A stretch of DNA of 64,000 nucleotides from Podarcis gaigeae (taxonomy: Eukaryota), in assembly GCA_964106915.2 (NCBI GenBank), contig OZ066916.1; one strand, written 5' to 3'. Below, in pieces: positions 12,165 through 25,257 of this stretch (position 1 is the first letter of the stretch; the number at the start of each line of letters is the position of its first letter). Under the pieces are notes generated by a model. The model made no database searches, had not been told where the DNA came from, and saw only the letters and a list, made by a program, of their open reading frames with translations. The position numbers were made by a program, and so were the translations under genes.

Positions 12165-15100
12165 GTAATAAAGGATTAGCTTCTGCAGATTGATTCTTGC
12201 AAAGAGTATCACTCTTCAGAGTACACAGGTTAAGCACTTTGAGGCTAGAAAACAACCATCCCTATGGATATGCATTGCAAATGGGAGCATCACTAGTGCC
12301 TGTATGATGCAGTAGATCAGACTGAATTGTCGTTTACAGGCAACTGCTCTTGGAGTCAAACTTCCCTCCTGTGGAAATCTTGAAAGAAGCAAAACAAATT
12401 TTCATTTCACTTCCTGCTATGTAAATTGAGGGCTTTATAAATAAATAAAACATTTATATTTCAGCTCAAAAAGAAGCCCCACTGGTCAACAACAAAGTAT
12501 CAATATAATTAAAATGAACATCTCCCTAGCTGCTTCCCTGTCCAGAATACATGCATCCCACCCTTTTCTCAATGGTCTTGACCAAAATTAGGTTATTGTA
12601 ATTGTGGTTAATAACATTAAATACACTTCCCTCTGGGGTAGTAAATCTTGATTAAGAGTGAACCTGGTTAGCATTAACTGTGATTAACATTTGTGTCAAA
12701 GGAATGCATAATTAGTGTTCAGTGTGAAGGGAATTCACCCTAAAGGGGAATGAGTTCACACTCTGCTCAGCTCCTTTGTGCTAAATTAACCACAACAGGG
12801 AAAGTAGGAGCTGCTACACACATTGTCTTCAACGCAGGAAAGCTATCAAAACCAGTATCTTCATGGCAAGTTCTCCCTTGGTTCATACACGTGCATTCTA
12901 TGGAGGCTGATCAGCCTCACTACATTTCAAATAGACATGGCCCTGTTTCACATTCCTGGCAGTGGTAGTGGCTGGTGGGACACCGTGATGGGCTCCCCTC
13001 TCGAAAAGACAGCAGACCATTGCAGCCTTACCCATGCTGCCCTTCAGCTGCTACTGCCTAGCAGCCATTGGTTAGAACATGGCCACTCCAAACCTGATTA
13101 GGCTGTTGCCACGACTAATGCATCTAAGTGCTGCCAGGTTTATCTAGTCCAGTTCTTCCCAAAGTTGGCAAGAACACCTCTGGGGTGTGTGTGCTGAAAT
13201 GATCCAGGGGGCGGTAGTAGCCTCAGGTGCAATGGGGGGCACTGAATATAAATAAGGGGGTGGCAGAAACATAAGGAAAGAAAAAAATGAAAAACCATTC
13301 GTACATGTTTCATCTGTTGTGTACTGCCAAGTTGGGCGCTGTTGCAGGACAATAATGGCTCCCCTGGATCTGGTGGTCATGCTGGAGGTGAGGGGTTTTC
13401 CTGGGCTTGAGTGAATGCTTCTCAGCTTCAGCCAGGCCTGGGAAATGGATCACAGCTTGCCTGCCTATTTGGCCAAAGCAGGCAAGCTGTGGCACCAGCC
13501 CTGCCCCATCACTTAAAGAAGGTAGATTTCCAGGTGACTGCGGAGTAAAAAAAAATCTGGAAAGGGGGCAGTAGGCCAAATAAGTTTGGGAACCTCTGAT
13601 CTAGGCCAAATCACCCAAAGTTGGCAATCCCCCAAACTTGGTGAGCTGTTCCATTGTCCTCAGTCATGGGTAATCCTATGTTCTGTTTTTTTCTAAATGG
13701 TCTGATTTCTGGACAGATGCAGAAGAGAAAAGATTAATTAACAAAGGCTGCATTCAGACAGCTTTTTACTCTATTCTCTTGATGTTTTCTTCCCTTTCCT
13801 TCCTTCCACCATGTTTCAGCTGAATTTTCACATGACGTAAATTCAACTTGTGGAAATCTTAGCACAAATGTAGCTGTCATTTGTGCATTATTTGTTTCTG
13901 TAAAAAATCCACTTGCAACCATAGTAACTTGCTAAATCATAGAAGGTTTGAGCTGTAATTTTCCTGAAAATGGATATGAATTGTTAAATCTTTTTACATT
14001 CATAGTAATGGGTAGATATCATGTATTTGCTCATAGCAAATACAGAGTCTGAGCAAACAACACTTTAGCAAATTGTAGTTGAGTGATCAGGGAGGCTGTT
14101 GCCTATGAAGGCCCATGCTATAATGTCTCAAATACTACAGTGCTCTTTGTATTTTCATTTTAAAGGAACCTGTAAGAACAGAGCCATTATCATCCACAGC
14201 ATATGTACTGTGAAATAAATGTGCTTTAAATGGAATTAACCATTATGGCATTATGATTATAAGTGTGAAATGATCTTTAACCATGACAAGGTGATGGGAT
14301 CTCCAGTTTTATATCTTAGATGAAAGAGCTGTTTCAGGTACAGTTGCAGCTGAACTGAATTTAGCAGGGATCAGGAGCTGAATCTGCAGAAATCACTATG
14401 TTCTGTGTTATATGTAGGGTAGATGCCAAGTCTATTAGAAAATCTTAGAAAACCCCATGTTCTGTTTAATGCTGAAAGCAGGCCCTTAACTTAATAGAAA
14501 AGAAGTGTATCTTAGGCTGAAATTTCATAGAAATTCATAAAGACCTTCCCCTACCTGGATCAAACGTTTCACACAGAGAGATCAGGGAGTACAACTGTTT
14601 TCTCTCACTACAATAATAGTGGCATAAAAATGGCATGAGTTAGATTATCATAAGGCAGGGTCACTGGCACCTACAGATGCCAGTGTGCCCACCAACATCT
14701 CCTATGGTACCCACAAAAGGTCTCAGTAAATGCCTCCTCAAAAATTCAGAGTCCGTAACACAACTGCATTTCCTTGTGTGTTCTGATTCTGTTCTTGTGT
14801 GCTGATTCTGCCTGTCACACAGTGAGCACACCCCCTTAAACATTATCACATTTCACTGGGTGCCATGATTGGACACCCACACTCCTGTCTGTTCTGAACA
14901 GAGGTGAGGTGCAATTCACTCCTGCCTGTGACCTAGTTTTGTGGTGTCCAATGTAGGTGCCTTTAAAAGGAGATAGAAATGCCTCTTTTGTAAAAGTTAT
15001 CACTGAATAGAAAAACACATGGTAGTTCCTTCCTGCCTGTCTTCCTGCCTTTCTTCCCACCCCCCCACCCCAAGTCTCCAAGCTGCTGAATTTTAGCAAT

Positions 15101-16845
15101 GCAGTGCCTTCAAAAGAATACTTACTCTGGGTCTCAGGACACTTAGCTTTGCACAGGTAAAAGCTCAATTGGGCTGCAGAAGATTCCCCCCCCATCTCTT
15201 TATTAATTAGCTACTGTGTAGGCCAGGACTTAGAAGGCTTCTGGGGCAAGCCAATTAGAGATGGCGAAAGTGGAGACCTGAGCACTGTCACTTGCCTCTT
15301 CTCTGATCAACCAGTTGCATTAGCAAGCCTTCACTAGGTCCTGATCTTTACCTCTTTCATTAGGATATCATGACCGTCATCTGCTTTTGGCCTCTGAAAA
15401 AGTACTCAGAATTGCCTTTCAAGTTGGAAAACTTATGGCCCCAAGAAGTAATCTAACCTCACTCTGAGAATTGTGCCAGAACAAGGGTGTTTAAAGGGGA
15501 TAAACCTCTCTGTATTAAGTCTCAACAATAATAAAATTTTACCTCCATACTTACCCTGTGACTCAGTGACTCTCCCTGACAGCAGCTTGACCATGGGAAG
15601 CACAGATCTATCTTGGATCATCTACTTGATCTCATCTTTCACAAGCCTTTTGGTTCTGGCTTCCCAGATTTGCATGAGTAAAATATGTGCTGTATCAAAT
15701 TGGCTTTAGAGAGAGCCTTGTAAAACAAAGATGAAACAACCTAAATACTTGGTGAGTCATCTATATTGATGCCATATGGGTTGTCTCTGAGATGTAGTAA
15801 TTGAAGTGTAAAAAAGTTTTTGTGTGTGGTGTTTGTAATGTGGTTGACAAAATCATCATATAAAATAGCAGGACATCATAAAGGAGGAACAGTCTCTGTG
15901 GGGTCCTAAGCTTTTGGCATGGCTCCATCGTTAGAGATACCCAGTAAAGGCATCAGTCGTACCACTATGCTATTTATTCATCGAATTAACTCACTGCAAT
16001 CACCTTCATGATTAACATTTTATTTATATTATCAGCCTTTTATGTACAGAGTGATGAATGGCATGTTTAAGGCTTTATAAACTTGGAGAAGGGATTGGGC
16101 TATGAACAGCCTTCAACAGATTCTCTCAGGCCCTTTCTGCTTCCTATCAGCTAACATGTGTGCTCCCACAAGGCAGTTCTGTACCTTTCATCTTTAAAGT
16201 AGGAGTAGAAAAAGACAACGTTAAAATACTTCCTTCAAACCTTGTTTAATCTTTAAACCAAAGAGATAAGATGGGAATTAGATTGTATCCTTGTAACAAA
16301 CTGATTGTAACTAGAAGCATCTTAGACCTTGTGAAGCTGTGCATATATTTTGTTGTCTTTTGTGTGTATTACTGAATATGCTTCCACTGGGTAGGTCACT
16401 CATAGTAATTAAAGATGGTGACTGTGATTCCAGAAAAGATTGTCCCCATATTGTGAGACATTTCAGAGCCCCAATACTGTTTATACCCAGGGCAGCCTAT
16501 GTGGTGCAATCCAGATAGGAAGTGTAATGTAATCTGTAAGTAGTCTAGAGCATTACGGATTGCAAGAATCCGTTTTTTTAAATGTTTGGCTTCTGTGGGT
16601 AACCAACTATTTTCCTAAATAATGATGTCAGTGTGCAGTTAAGGCCACCAACTTTGTTTTATTTTGATCCATTTTTTGAGGGTTCATTTCTTGAGTGTGA
16701 CAGAATGTCTTTTTGGACGTGAGCGACTAATCAGCCCTCCGAATACTACAGATGAAAGTGATTTAGCTGAGGGTGCAGAGCTTTGACCACCCTCCACAAG
16801 CCATTAATTTATCTTCTACTATTTCATTTTTGTGTATATAAACAG

Positions 16846-17031
16846 ATCCAGCAATGGGAACAGAATCTGGAGAAATTTAACATGGATCTCTTCAGGATGC
16901 GCTGTTATCTAGCCAGCTTGCAAGGCGGGGAGTTGCCAAATCCAAAGAGCCTTTTGGCAGCTGCCAGTCGTCCTTCAAAGATGGCATTAGGAAGGCTGGG
17001 CATCTTCTCAGTCTCATCCTTCCATGCACTG
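16846..17031 (+). CDS. TIAM2: TIAM2 coding exon 5 (CC-Ex)
   Basis: aacag|ATC to CTG|gtgagt; [37 protein letters not shown]...SSFHAL; 186 nt. Confidence 0.96.
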
Positions 17032-17429
17032 GTGAGTTAGACACAGCTTCATATAAGTGTTTCATAGAGGAGTTTATTTGTGACAAGATGCAGAAATGCA
17101 TAATTCCTTCTCCCTCCCTCCATAACATATGGTCCTCATCAGGCTTTTGGCTATACCCTTTTAAATGTGTGTATGGGGGGGAGGGGTTTTTGTTTGTGTG
17201 ATTTATTCCCCCATTCTTGTTTTCGTTACGTATTTTGTGCCCTGATATCTACGGATGAAGGATAGTTTACAATTTTAATAACTATATAAATATTTTGCTG
17301 GTAAATGTAATTTCAAGGTTAATCTGACTATGAAAGTCAGTTTTGTGACCCCTTTCTTGTCTGAAGTACTGTACTTTAAAAAGACCAACTAATATTACTC
17401 ATTTGTTTAGACCATTTATATTTCACACG

Positions 17430-18130
17430 TCTCCCAAAGATCTCAGGGTGGATGATGGCAAAATTGAATAGAATCCTGTGTCCGTACACAATATAATGAA
17501 AACACAATTAAAGCAAAACTACACCAATTACTGAATATTAATGACCACTCCCAAAAGCTTGAGTTTTGAGCTGGTGACTTAGTACCATCAAATTGAGCAC
17601 CAGCTGAATTTTGGAATGAGTGAGGGGTAGACTGGTGGTTTCAAAGCCAGGAGAAAAGTCCATGGAGAAGATGCCATGTTTTGCAACTCCTAGTGGCAGA
17701 ATGCTAGGAAGAACTTTTCTGGGTGATCTTAACATATGACAGGATTGTACAAGGAGATACACTCTTTCAAGTATTTTGGTCCCAAGACATTCAAGACTTT
17801 GTATCTGTAAAATACTTAATTTGAAATTGAAATGTATTGGCAGCCAGTGCAAATCTTCATAAGAGCAGGTGTAATAGAAGTTCTGTACAGAGAGTCTGCT
17901 TAGGAGCCAGGCCACTGCAGTTTCTGTGTCATCTTCAAAGGCAACACTAAATAGAATGCATTACTGTAATTGAAACAGGAGGTTATCAGACCATAGATTA
18001 CTGTAGCTGTGCTATGCTGGTCCAAGAATGGTTATTGCTGGTTAACCAGCCAGAGCTGGGGGGAAATTCTCCATGACACTGCAGATGCTTGAGTCTCTAG
18101 TGACAAGGTGGAATCAAGCAGCATCCCAGG
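17430..18130 (-). mobile_element. Degraded L2-like LINE ORF2 3' fragment
   Basis: Minus-strand LHWLPI motif and a degraded RLDYCN-like segment; boundaries approximate. Confidence 0.65.
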
Positions 18131-19548
18131 CTATATGTTGTTGTTGCTGCTTCTTCATCCACAGATCTCAGGGCGATTCACCATTTAAAAATACATGATA
18201 AAAACACAAAACACATAATAAAATCAAGAACTGAAACAATAACCTCCCCACCCGCCTTCAAAGAGAGTGCAATCTCATCAAGAACAGGTTGTTCATCTGA
18301 TTCTCAGAACTGCCAAACCACAACATCTCTATCTTATCAGAATTCATTAGCAATTTATTTACCTTCATCCAGCCCATTACTGTAGCTAGACAGTAATGCA
18401 CACCTGATTCACTTGATGTGGAAAAATGGAACTCCATGTAAGCAAAGCTGAGTTCCTTACTGTAAAAGTATTCTCATATTGGAAAAGACATGAACACTTT
18501 TGTGGCAATGGCACACATGACTGTTTCCCCCCTGGGAATCTATAATTGCCCACTGCTGTAGATACAGTGAAATAGATGAATGTGTGATCATCACACATGA
18601 TCTTCATGTGGGGTTGTTGTTTTTTAACTACTTCTATTTGTTCCATAGAAGTGCCAGCCATGTAGGAAATTTGTAACATTTGAAATGATCCTGAAAGAAG
18701 TTTCTACCAAAAAAAGCAAACAGTATATTGCCCTTTTTCTCTCTAAAACACTAAGCTCAAAACAACATGAATGATACTTTGTTGAAAAATGAGACATAAT
18801 ATCTACTTGCTAGTAAAATCTTATGATACACTAACCATATTATGTATATATTATGTATATTGCTGGTGTATGTTGAAAGTGTATAGCTTTTTTTAAAAAA
18901 ACAACAACACCATGTTCTCATTATTACTGAAATATAGAACTAATTATTAAATATAAAAATGCATACAGTCTCTTAAAATATCCAATTAAAGCAAAGTAAA
19001 ATTAGTTCCAAAAATGATTTTAAAATCATTTTTTCAAAGCTCGGAAAGCTTTCTCTAGGATGCTGGTATCGCCACATTCTATTAAGATCTATAATTCAGC
19101 CTTACACTAAACACACTGTTTACCCTGCATGTTATAATGCATCTCTTCCTTTTGGAATCTGGCCAGTTCACAGCTTACCGTTCTTTGTTGGCTGCTTTGC
19201 AAAAGCTTATGTGGGTTTGGCAGGAGGTATTTCACAGATAAATCGTAGCTGGTGTGGGGGGGGGGCGTTGTTTTTTGAATGTCCTTGGCTGCAGTTCTAG
19301 ACACATTTACACATTTAGGAGTAAATTCCATTGAGCTCAATGACAAATATTTCTGAACAGATATACATAGGATTGCACTGTTCATCTTTTGTGTCACATT
19401 TCATTATAATTAGGTTTTTGCTACATTTTGTTTTGATGAACAAGTTATGAAAAGCTTATATTTATAACTATGCTTGTATCTTCCTCGTTTACTTCTCTCT
19501 CTCTCCCCCCCCCCCCCCCGTCTATCTCTCTCTCTTTCTATCAATTAG

Positions 19549-19695
19549 ATCTGCTCCAGGGATGAGGCAGCTCTTAGGAAGCGAACACTGTCTCTCTCAC
19601 AGAGGGTTCGGAGCAAGAAAGGTTTGTTTTCCTCCCTTAAGGGACTGGACACTCTTGCAAGAAAGGCAAAGGAAAAAAGGCCATCTATAACACAG
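19549..19695 (+). CDS. TIAM2: TIAM2 coding exon 6
   Basis: aattag|ATC to CAG|gtagtt; ICSRDEAALRKRTLSLSQRVRSKKGLFSSLKGLDTLARKAKEKRPSITQ; 147 nt. Confidence 0.95.
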
Positions 19696-21299
19696 GTAGT
19701 TTCCAGTTGATGTATATATATTTTTTTAATTTTAAAAAAATCTATAAAATTGTTCTAAAATTGCATTGATCATCCATCAGTGGTGTAAGAAACAAATGGT
19801 TTAAATTAGGATGCCTAATTGGTTATTCCAAACAGTGGTGTGCAGAAAGTCGGCAGCCACACACATGCCACACACCATGTTTTCCTTGCAGTTGCATGTA
19901 GCATCTCTCACATCAGGCAGTCTTCGGATGTCATTGTAAGATGCTAATCTCAGCCTAGCTAGTTAGGAGTGATAAAAGTCACTTCCCAGCAATGGCAGGA
20001 TATGCAGGATGATAAAATATGACACTGGATTTGCCATTGCAACAGTTAGGCTTTTCCGTAAGGTGAAGCTGAGTGATGTGTTCTCAAATGACCAGCAAGA
20101 TAAGGAGACATGGATAAAGGCAGTTTTATCAGAATGAAACCAGCTTCCTCCTCTTCCCTAAAGAAGACATGTGGGTGAGTTCTCAGTTGATAGGAGCTCC
20201 CTAATCACAACTGGTTCCTCTGAAGTACTTTTTTAAAATATAAAAAACCCTTTAAATAAATAGTGTGGGCATTTAATAGACAAGAACAGGAAAGTGGAGG
20301 GTAAACATGACCAAGATAGGCAATACAAATAAAGTAAAACTTTATTATGATTGGGAAATCACCAGTGACACATAGATTTCCTCTCCCTGGTTCCAGAAAT
20401 GTAATGAAACATGGAAATAAAAACCCAGTCTGAAAACTTTACTGTAACTTTAACTCAGTGGAACAACTTTTCATATCTATAGAACCTAGGTACCAAATCC
20501 GTAACTTATTTTCTCTTGTTCCTGGATTATTATTATTAATTCAGTCACTCTAAAATTGATAACAGCCTTTCTCAAGTGAATTACTTTGTTAATATATTTT
20601 CTCTAAATTGAAGAGACTGGAAGTTACATTATCTATGCTTACATACAGTGGCTACCTATCTTTTTGATGTGACTTAATAACATTGTTTGGAAAGATTATA
20701 AAGTATGTCAAATAACTATAAACGAAATTGAGCACGTCTCATTGTAAATCTCTTTGGGACTTCTGCTGTAGGAAATGATATACAAATTTAGTATACGTAA
20801 ACCAACCTAAAGCAAAGTTGTACACTGTTCTTCAGAAACATGGGGCAAGTATGAAGCATTAGCTGTGGGAACAAATGTTACCCTGCCTTCTTTTTGCAAA
20901 TCCCACTGGGTTAAATGGTTTCTAATAGGAAACCTTCCATAATATCCTACTTTGCAAATGGGAAATGTAAGCCAGGTTTATATAGTTATTGTAAAATATT
21001 ATGTTATCACAACTGACTACTTCAATCAAACCATATTGTAAGTTTTCAGTCTGCAGACTGGACCAGAATATCACAGCTACCACTAGAGCCCTCATCTGAA
21101 GATGGATATTCTGGAAACATGACATAGCTAGGGGATTATAACTTTTAGTTTTATTTTATTAGTTATTATTTTATTTAGTTAATTTATTAGCAAATTATTT
21201 ATTTACTTTTAGTCAATTTTTAGTTTATCCCAATTCCTTCATTTTAACAAGCAAACCTTATGACATGTGAACACGTCATTTATCTATCTTGAATTTTCC

Positions 21300-21640
21300 A
21301 ACATGCATCTTCACTGGATGTCCTCAAGTTCCAGTGTTATGAGAGAGGGGGGAAAACTTTTTCCTATTCACTTTCTCCATGCCGTGTATAATTTTAAGAC
21401 CCTGAACAAATCCTTTGGGGAATTCTACTTTGCTGGACTCAGTGGACTTAATGATGTCTTTGACATACAGAATGGCACCATGTCCTGTGTGTCCTTCCCT
21501 GTCCGTCCTATAGAGTTTATTACTGAAGATAACCCACTGATGTCCCACTGATTCCCTCCATTCCACCAGGTTTCCATTATGCCCACTATACGAAGTGCAT
21601 GGCAGCCATGAGTGCTGTGAATCATTTAAAGCCATAAGCG
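21300..21640 (-). mobile_element. CR1 LINE fragments (RT 3' part and endonuclease part)
   Basis: Minus-strand peptides KIIHGMEKVNRKKFSPLSHN, VGIMETWW and LYRTDREG...GAILYVKD. Confidence 0.65.
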
Positions 21641-23286
21641 CAGTTCCTTATCTTAAAATACATTTAATAAGATACAGATTAATAATCAGAAGCATATCGG
21701 AAAAACAAAACAGCTCTGCTTTTATCTTCAAGTGGTTTCTCACATGTTCCTTATCGGAAAACCCAGCTATTGAGACGTAAGAAAAATGATAGCAGTGACA
21801 CATCAGTAGAACAGACTTTAGAGTAATAATGTTTGTAAGGAGAAAGGGGAGGACTTCATAAATATTCTGAGTCCTAACTTACCTTTGAAATGTACTAAAG
21901 GGCTTGCAGTTTACCAGGCTGGCTTCAAATCCCAGTTAGTGTTAAGCAGGTGGGAACTGGAGGGAGTGCCTTTGATGGACAGGGAGAAGACATGGGTAAT
22001 GAGTACATGATCCAATGTTTCTTAAGGCTTGGAAATTTTACATGCAAAAAAAGCATCACATACAAATCGCACACAAAAACCCAGCTGGTATGGAGCACTC
22101 ATTGAATTCTATGTCTTGCTCAGCACAAACAGCTACCATTGGTTACTGTCATTCATATATTGGGTTCAGCCACTGCTGCCTAGGCTCAGCTGCTGAAAGG
22201 AGAAGATCCTGACTATTTTGTAACTGTTCTATTTGTTTTATAATTGTATGTTTTATTGTTGAAACCTGCCCTGGGTCCTTATGGTGTGTGGCAAGTGAGA
22301 AATCTGATAAACAAACAAACAAAAATAGTAGTACATGATTTGCACTGGTATTTAATTGCTGTATGTAAATTTTGAGTGCATGGCATTGCTGGTGTGTATT
22401 TTAAACATGGCTGGATGAAAGATTAAGATATAGGATTGCCCTAAGAACCTTTTCCAGAGTGTTTTAGTTTGATAACAGTAAGTTTGCAGTGAATTCTCCA
22501 ACTGTATTTGAAACAACATGTGGGCGCCAACTCTTTGCCTGCCTAACAAATTGTTGCTGGAGAGGAAGGATTTGGCCCAAAGAGTTCTCCAAGTACAACC
22601 CCCCCACCAACAATCACTTGGACTCCTAATATGCTATCTCTGAAACAAATGCACTCACCATTGATCACTGCCATGACAAAAGAAGCGTTCTGCATTCTCT
22701 TCATTACTGAAACAACTATTTGGGAAACATAACTAGTCTTGGGGACAATGTGCCAAGGGGCATGCTTTCTCTTAGTCAAGCTATTTGCATCCCTCTCTTC
22801 CAAGTTGGCAGTGAAAGGAGAGCTAGGCTAAGAGTGGCTGCTCAGAAACTGGTTATCAGGATGATCCTTGGAAAGGCTTGAGAGCAACTGGATGTGAAGT
22901 CAGCTTCCTGATTGGCAGCTGTTTGTGTTGGCTGCTTGGTTAGCACAATTGCCCCAGGATTCTAAGGCTAGTGTGTACAAAATGCTGTCAGCTGTCAGGA
23001 CAGATATCTGGCAGAATTATATAGTGCATGCATGTGATTTTTAGCATGTAGAAAATGGAAGGTCTGAATGTCAGTATAATCTCTTAGTGCAAGGGGCTTC
23101 CACCCTGCCCTTTTCCTGGAATGCCTGCACACACTAACACCCAAATTTAAAAATAGTAAACTACTCTTCGGTTGTTCGGCTTTACTGATCTAAGTTCACT
23201 AGCTTTCCCTTCCTTTTTTTGTGCATGTGAAACTGTTTTGCAAGGAATGCTTTGTTTATATTAGGATACACATTCTTTTTAATTAG

Positions 23287-23358
23287 ATTTTTGACTCAAC
23301 TGGAGGGCATGGATTTACTGGAACACAGCTACCTCAGAATTCCAGTAATTCTACCGAG
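23287..23358 (+). CDS. TIAM2: TIAM2 coding exon 7 (72 nt, likely cassette exon)
   Basis: aattag|ATT to GAG|gtaagg; IFDSTGGHGFTGTQLPQNSSNSTE; phase 0-0. Confidence 0.9.
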
Positions 23359-23579
23359 GTAAGGGTTCTAAATCTTTGCTGTTCACTATTTATCACACTT
23401 TCTGAATGTGTTTCTTAAATCACGATTTATCTGTTTCTCTCTCTCCTCTCCCCTCAAAAGCACCACTTAATACATTTTGTAGAAAAAAGGATTAGCTAGT
23501 CATGTGCATGTGAAACTATTAGCAAGTCATAACTTATATACATTTGGCCACACCTTAATGTTTCATGGATTTATAAGTA

Positions 23580-23935
23580 CAGTGGTGCCTCGCTAGACGA
23601 AAAGAATTCGTTCCGCGATTCTCTTCGTCTAGCGGTTTTTTCGTCTTGCGAAGCATGCCCATTGACAGCTTAGCGGATTAGCGCTACAGCTGTCAAGCAG
23701 CTTCCAGCGATCTGCTGTTAAGCGGCTTATCAGCGGAACAGCTGATAAGTGGCTTAGCGGCTTAAGAAAAGGGCGAAAAAAGCGGGGGGGAAAACGCGGG
23801 GGGACGCAAGATTTTTTCGTCTTGCGAAGCAACCCCATAGGGAAATTCGTTTTGCGAAGCGCCTCCAAAACGGAAAACCCTTTCGTCTAGTGGGTTTTCC
23901 GTCTTGCGAGGCGTTCGTCTTGCGGGGCACCACTG
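23580..23935. mobile_element. Tigger/pogo-like MITE, CpG-rich (probably young)
   Basis: TA TSD on both sides; TIRs CAGTGGTGCCTCGCTAGACGAA / CAGTGGTGCCCCGCAAGACGAA; internal TTTTCGTCTTGCGA repeats. Confidence 0.88.
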
Positions 23936-24067
23936 TAGTGAATTCCTATTGAATCCTAATCCTCAAACAAGGAACAGAGGGCATCGCTACCTATATATTC
24001 AATATTCGTTTAAAATGGGTGGTTGTAATTTGATACAGCTTAGTCTTTAAAAACTGAAGCAGTCATT

Positions 24068-24093
24068 ATGTATGTATGTATGTATGTATGTAT
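24068..24093. repeat. (TATG)n microsatellite
   Basis: Read directly. Confidence 0.9.
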
Positions 24094-24661
24094 ATCTTTA
24101 AACCCTTGTGCAGCTGTATGAACTGCAAACCAAAGGAAACTTTTTGACTGATTCTCTCCAATCCCACCCTCCTTTTGATCTATTAGTATGTCCTCTTTGT
24201 GTTTTCCTCTATCCTTTAGTGGGCATGTGCTAGGAATACTCATTTTTCTACTACAAGAAGAAATTGTCATGTAGATTTCCTCTGGGGTAAGCAGGCTTCA
24301 GGACCAAACCAGCTGTCATAATTGAAAAGCTTTTAATGAGCGAACACTTCAATAATACCATAAGCATAGATGGCTGTGCATCACTTCAATGGTCCTGTCA
24401 ACAGGACTCAGCAGGACTCTAGGCCTTTTATTTCAAACTTAAGCTAAACCTGTTTGCTTTCTTTTTTCTTGGGAATAGAAGTGCAACCTCCATCTTAATA
24501 TCCAGTACCCTGGTTAATTCACGTACTTGTTCATTCTGGAATTTTAAAAGCTTAAATTATTTTCTTAAAAGGCATTTTATCACCAGCACCTACAAAGTGT
24601 GCCAGTTGACATGTCACACTTTCAAAAATTATTTTCCCAAACAGTGAAAAGTCTTATAAGG

Positions 24662-25052
24662 TGGTTGTTGTCGTTTAGTCGTGTCTGACTCTTCGTGACC
24701 CCATGGACTAGAGCACGCCAGACACTCCTGTCTTCCACTGCCTCCTGCAGCTTGGTCAAACTCATGTTTGTAGCTTCGAGAACACTGTCCAACCATCTTG
24801 TCCTCTGCCGTCCCCTTCTCCTTGTGCCCTCAATCTTTCCCAACCTCAGGGTCTTTTCCAGGGAGTCTTCTCTTCTCATGAGGTGGCCAAAGTACTGGGG
24901 CCTCAGCTTCAGGATCTGTCCTTCCAGTGAGCACTCAGGGCCGATTTCCTTCAGAATGGATAGGTTTGATCTTCTTGCGGTCCATGGGACTCTCAAGAAT
25001 CTCCACCAGCACCATAATTCAAAAGCATCAATTCTTCGGCGATCAGCCTTCT
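24662..25052 (-). mobile_element. BovB (RTE clade) LINE, 5'-truncated 3' end
   Basis: Minus ORF RVPWTARRSNLSILKEI.PECSLEGQILKL..QYFGHLMRREDSLEKTL.LGKIEGTRRRGRQRTRWLDSV is the BovB ORF C-terminus; CAA-type tail. Confidence 0.9.
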
Positions 25053-25140
25053 TTTCTTCTTTACCTTATGAGGTAGAAGACCTCTTTATCTGACCTTCTT
25101 ATGCCTTGGGATACTAAGATGGGTTTGTTAGTATTATTTG

Positions 25141-25257
25141 TATAGCTCATGGGTAGGACATCTGTGTTGCATTCAGGAGGTCCCAAGTTCAATATTCGGC
25201 ATCTCCAGGCAATACTGAGGAAGATGGTCTGTTTCAATATAAAGCAGCTCCCTTATT
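25141..25257 (+). mobile_element. Degraded, internally deleted tRNA-derived SINE
   Basis: TAGCTCATGGGTAG (A box) and AGTTCAATATTC (B-box-like); similar to the copy at 36309. Confidence 0.55.

Noticed and set aside
24695-25093. 132-aa plus-strand ORF
   Set aside because: Antisense shadow of the BovB ORF.
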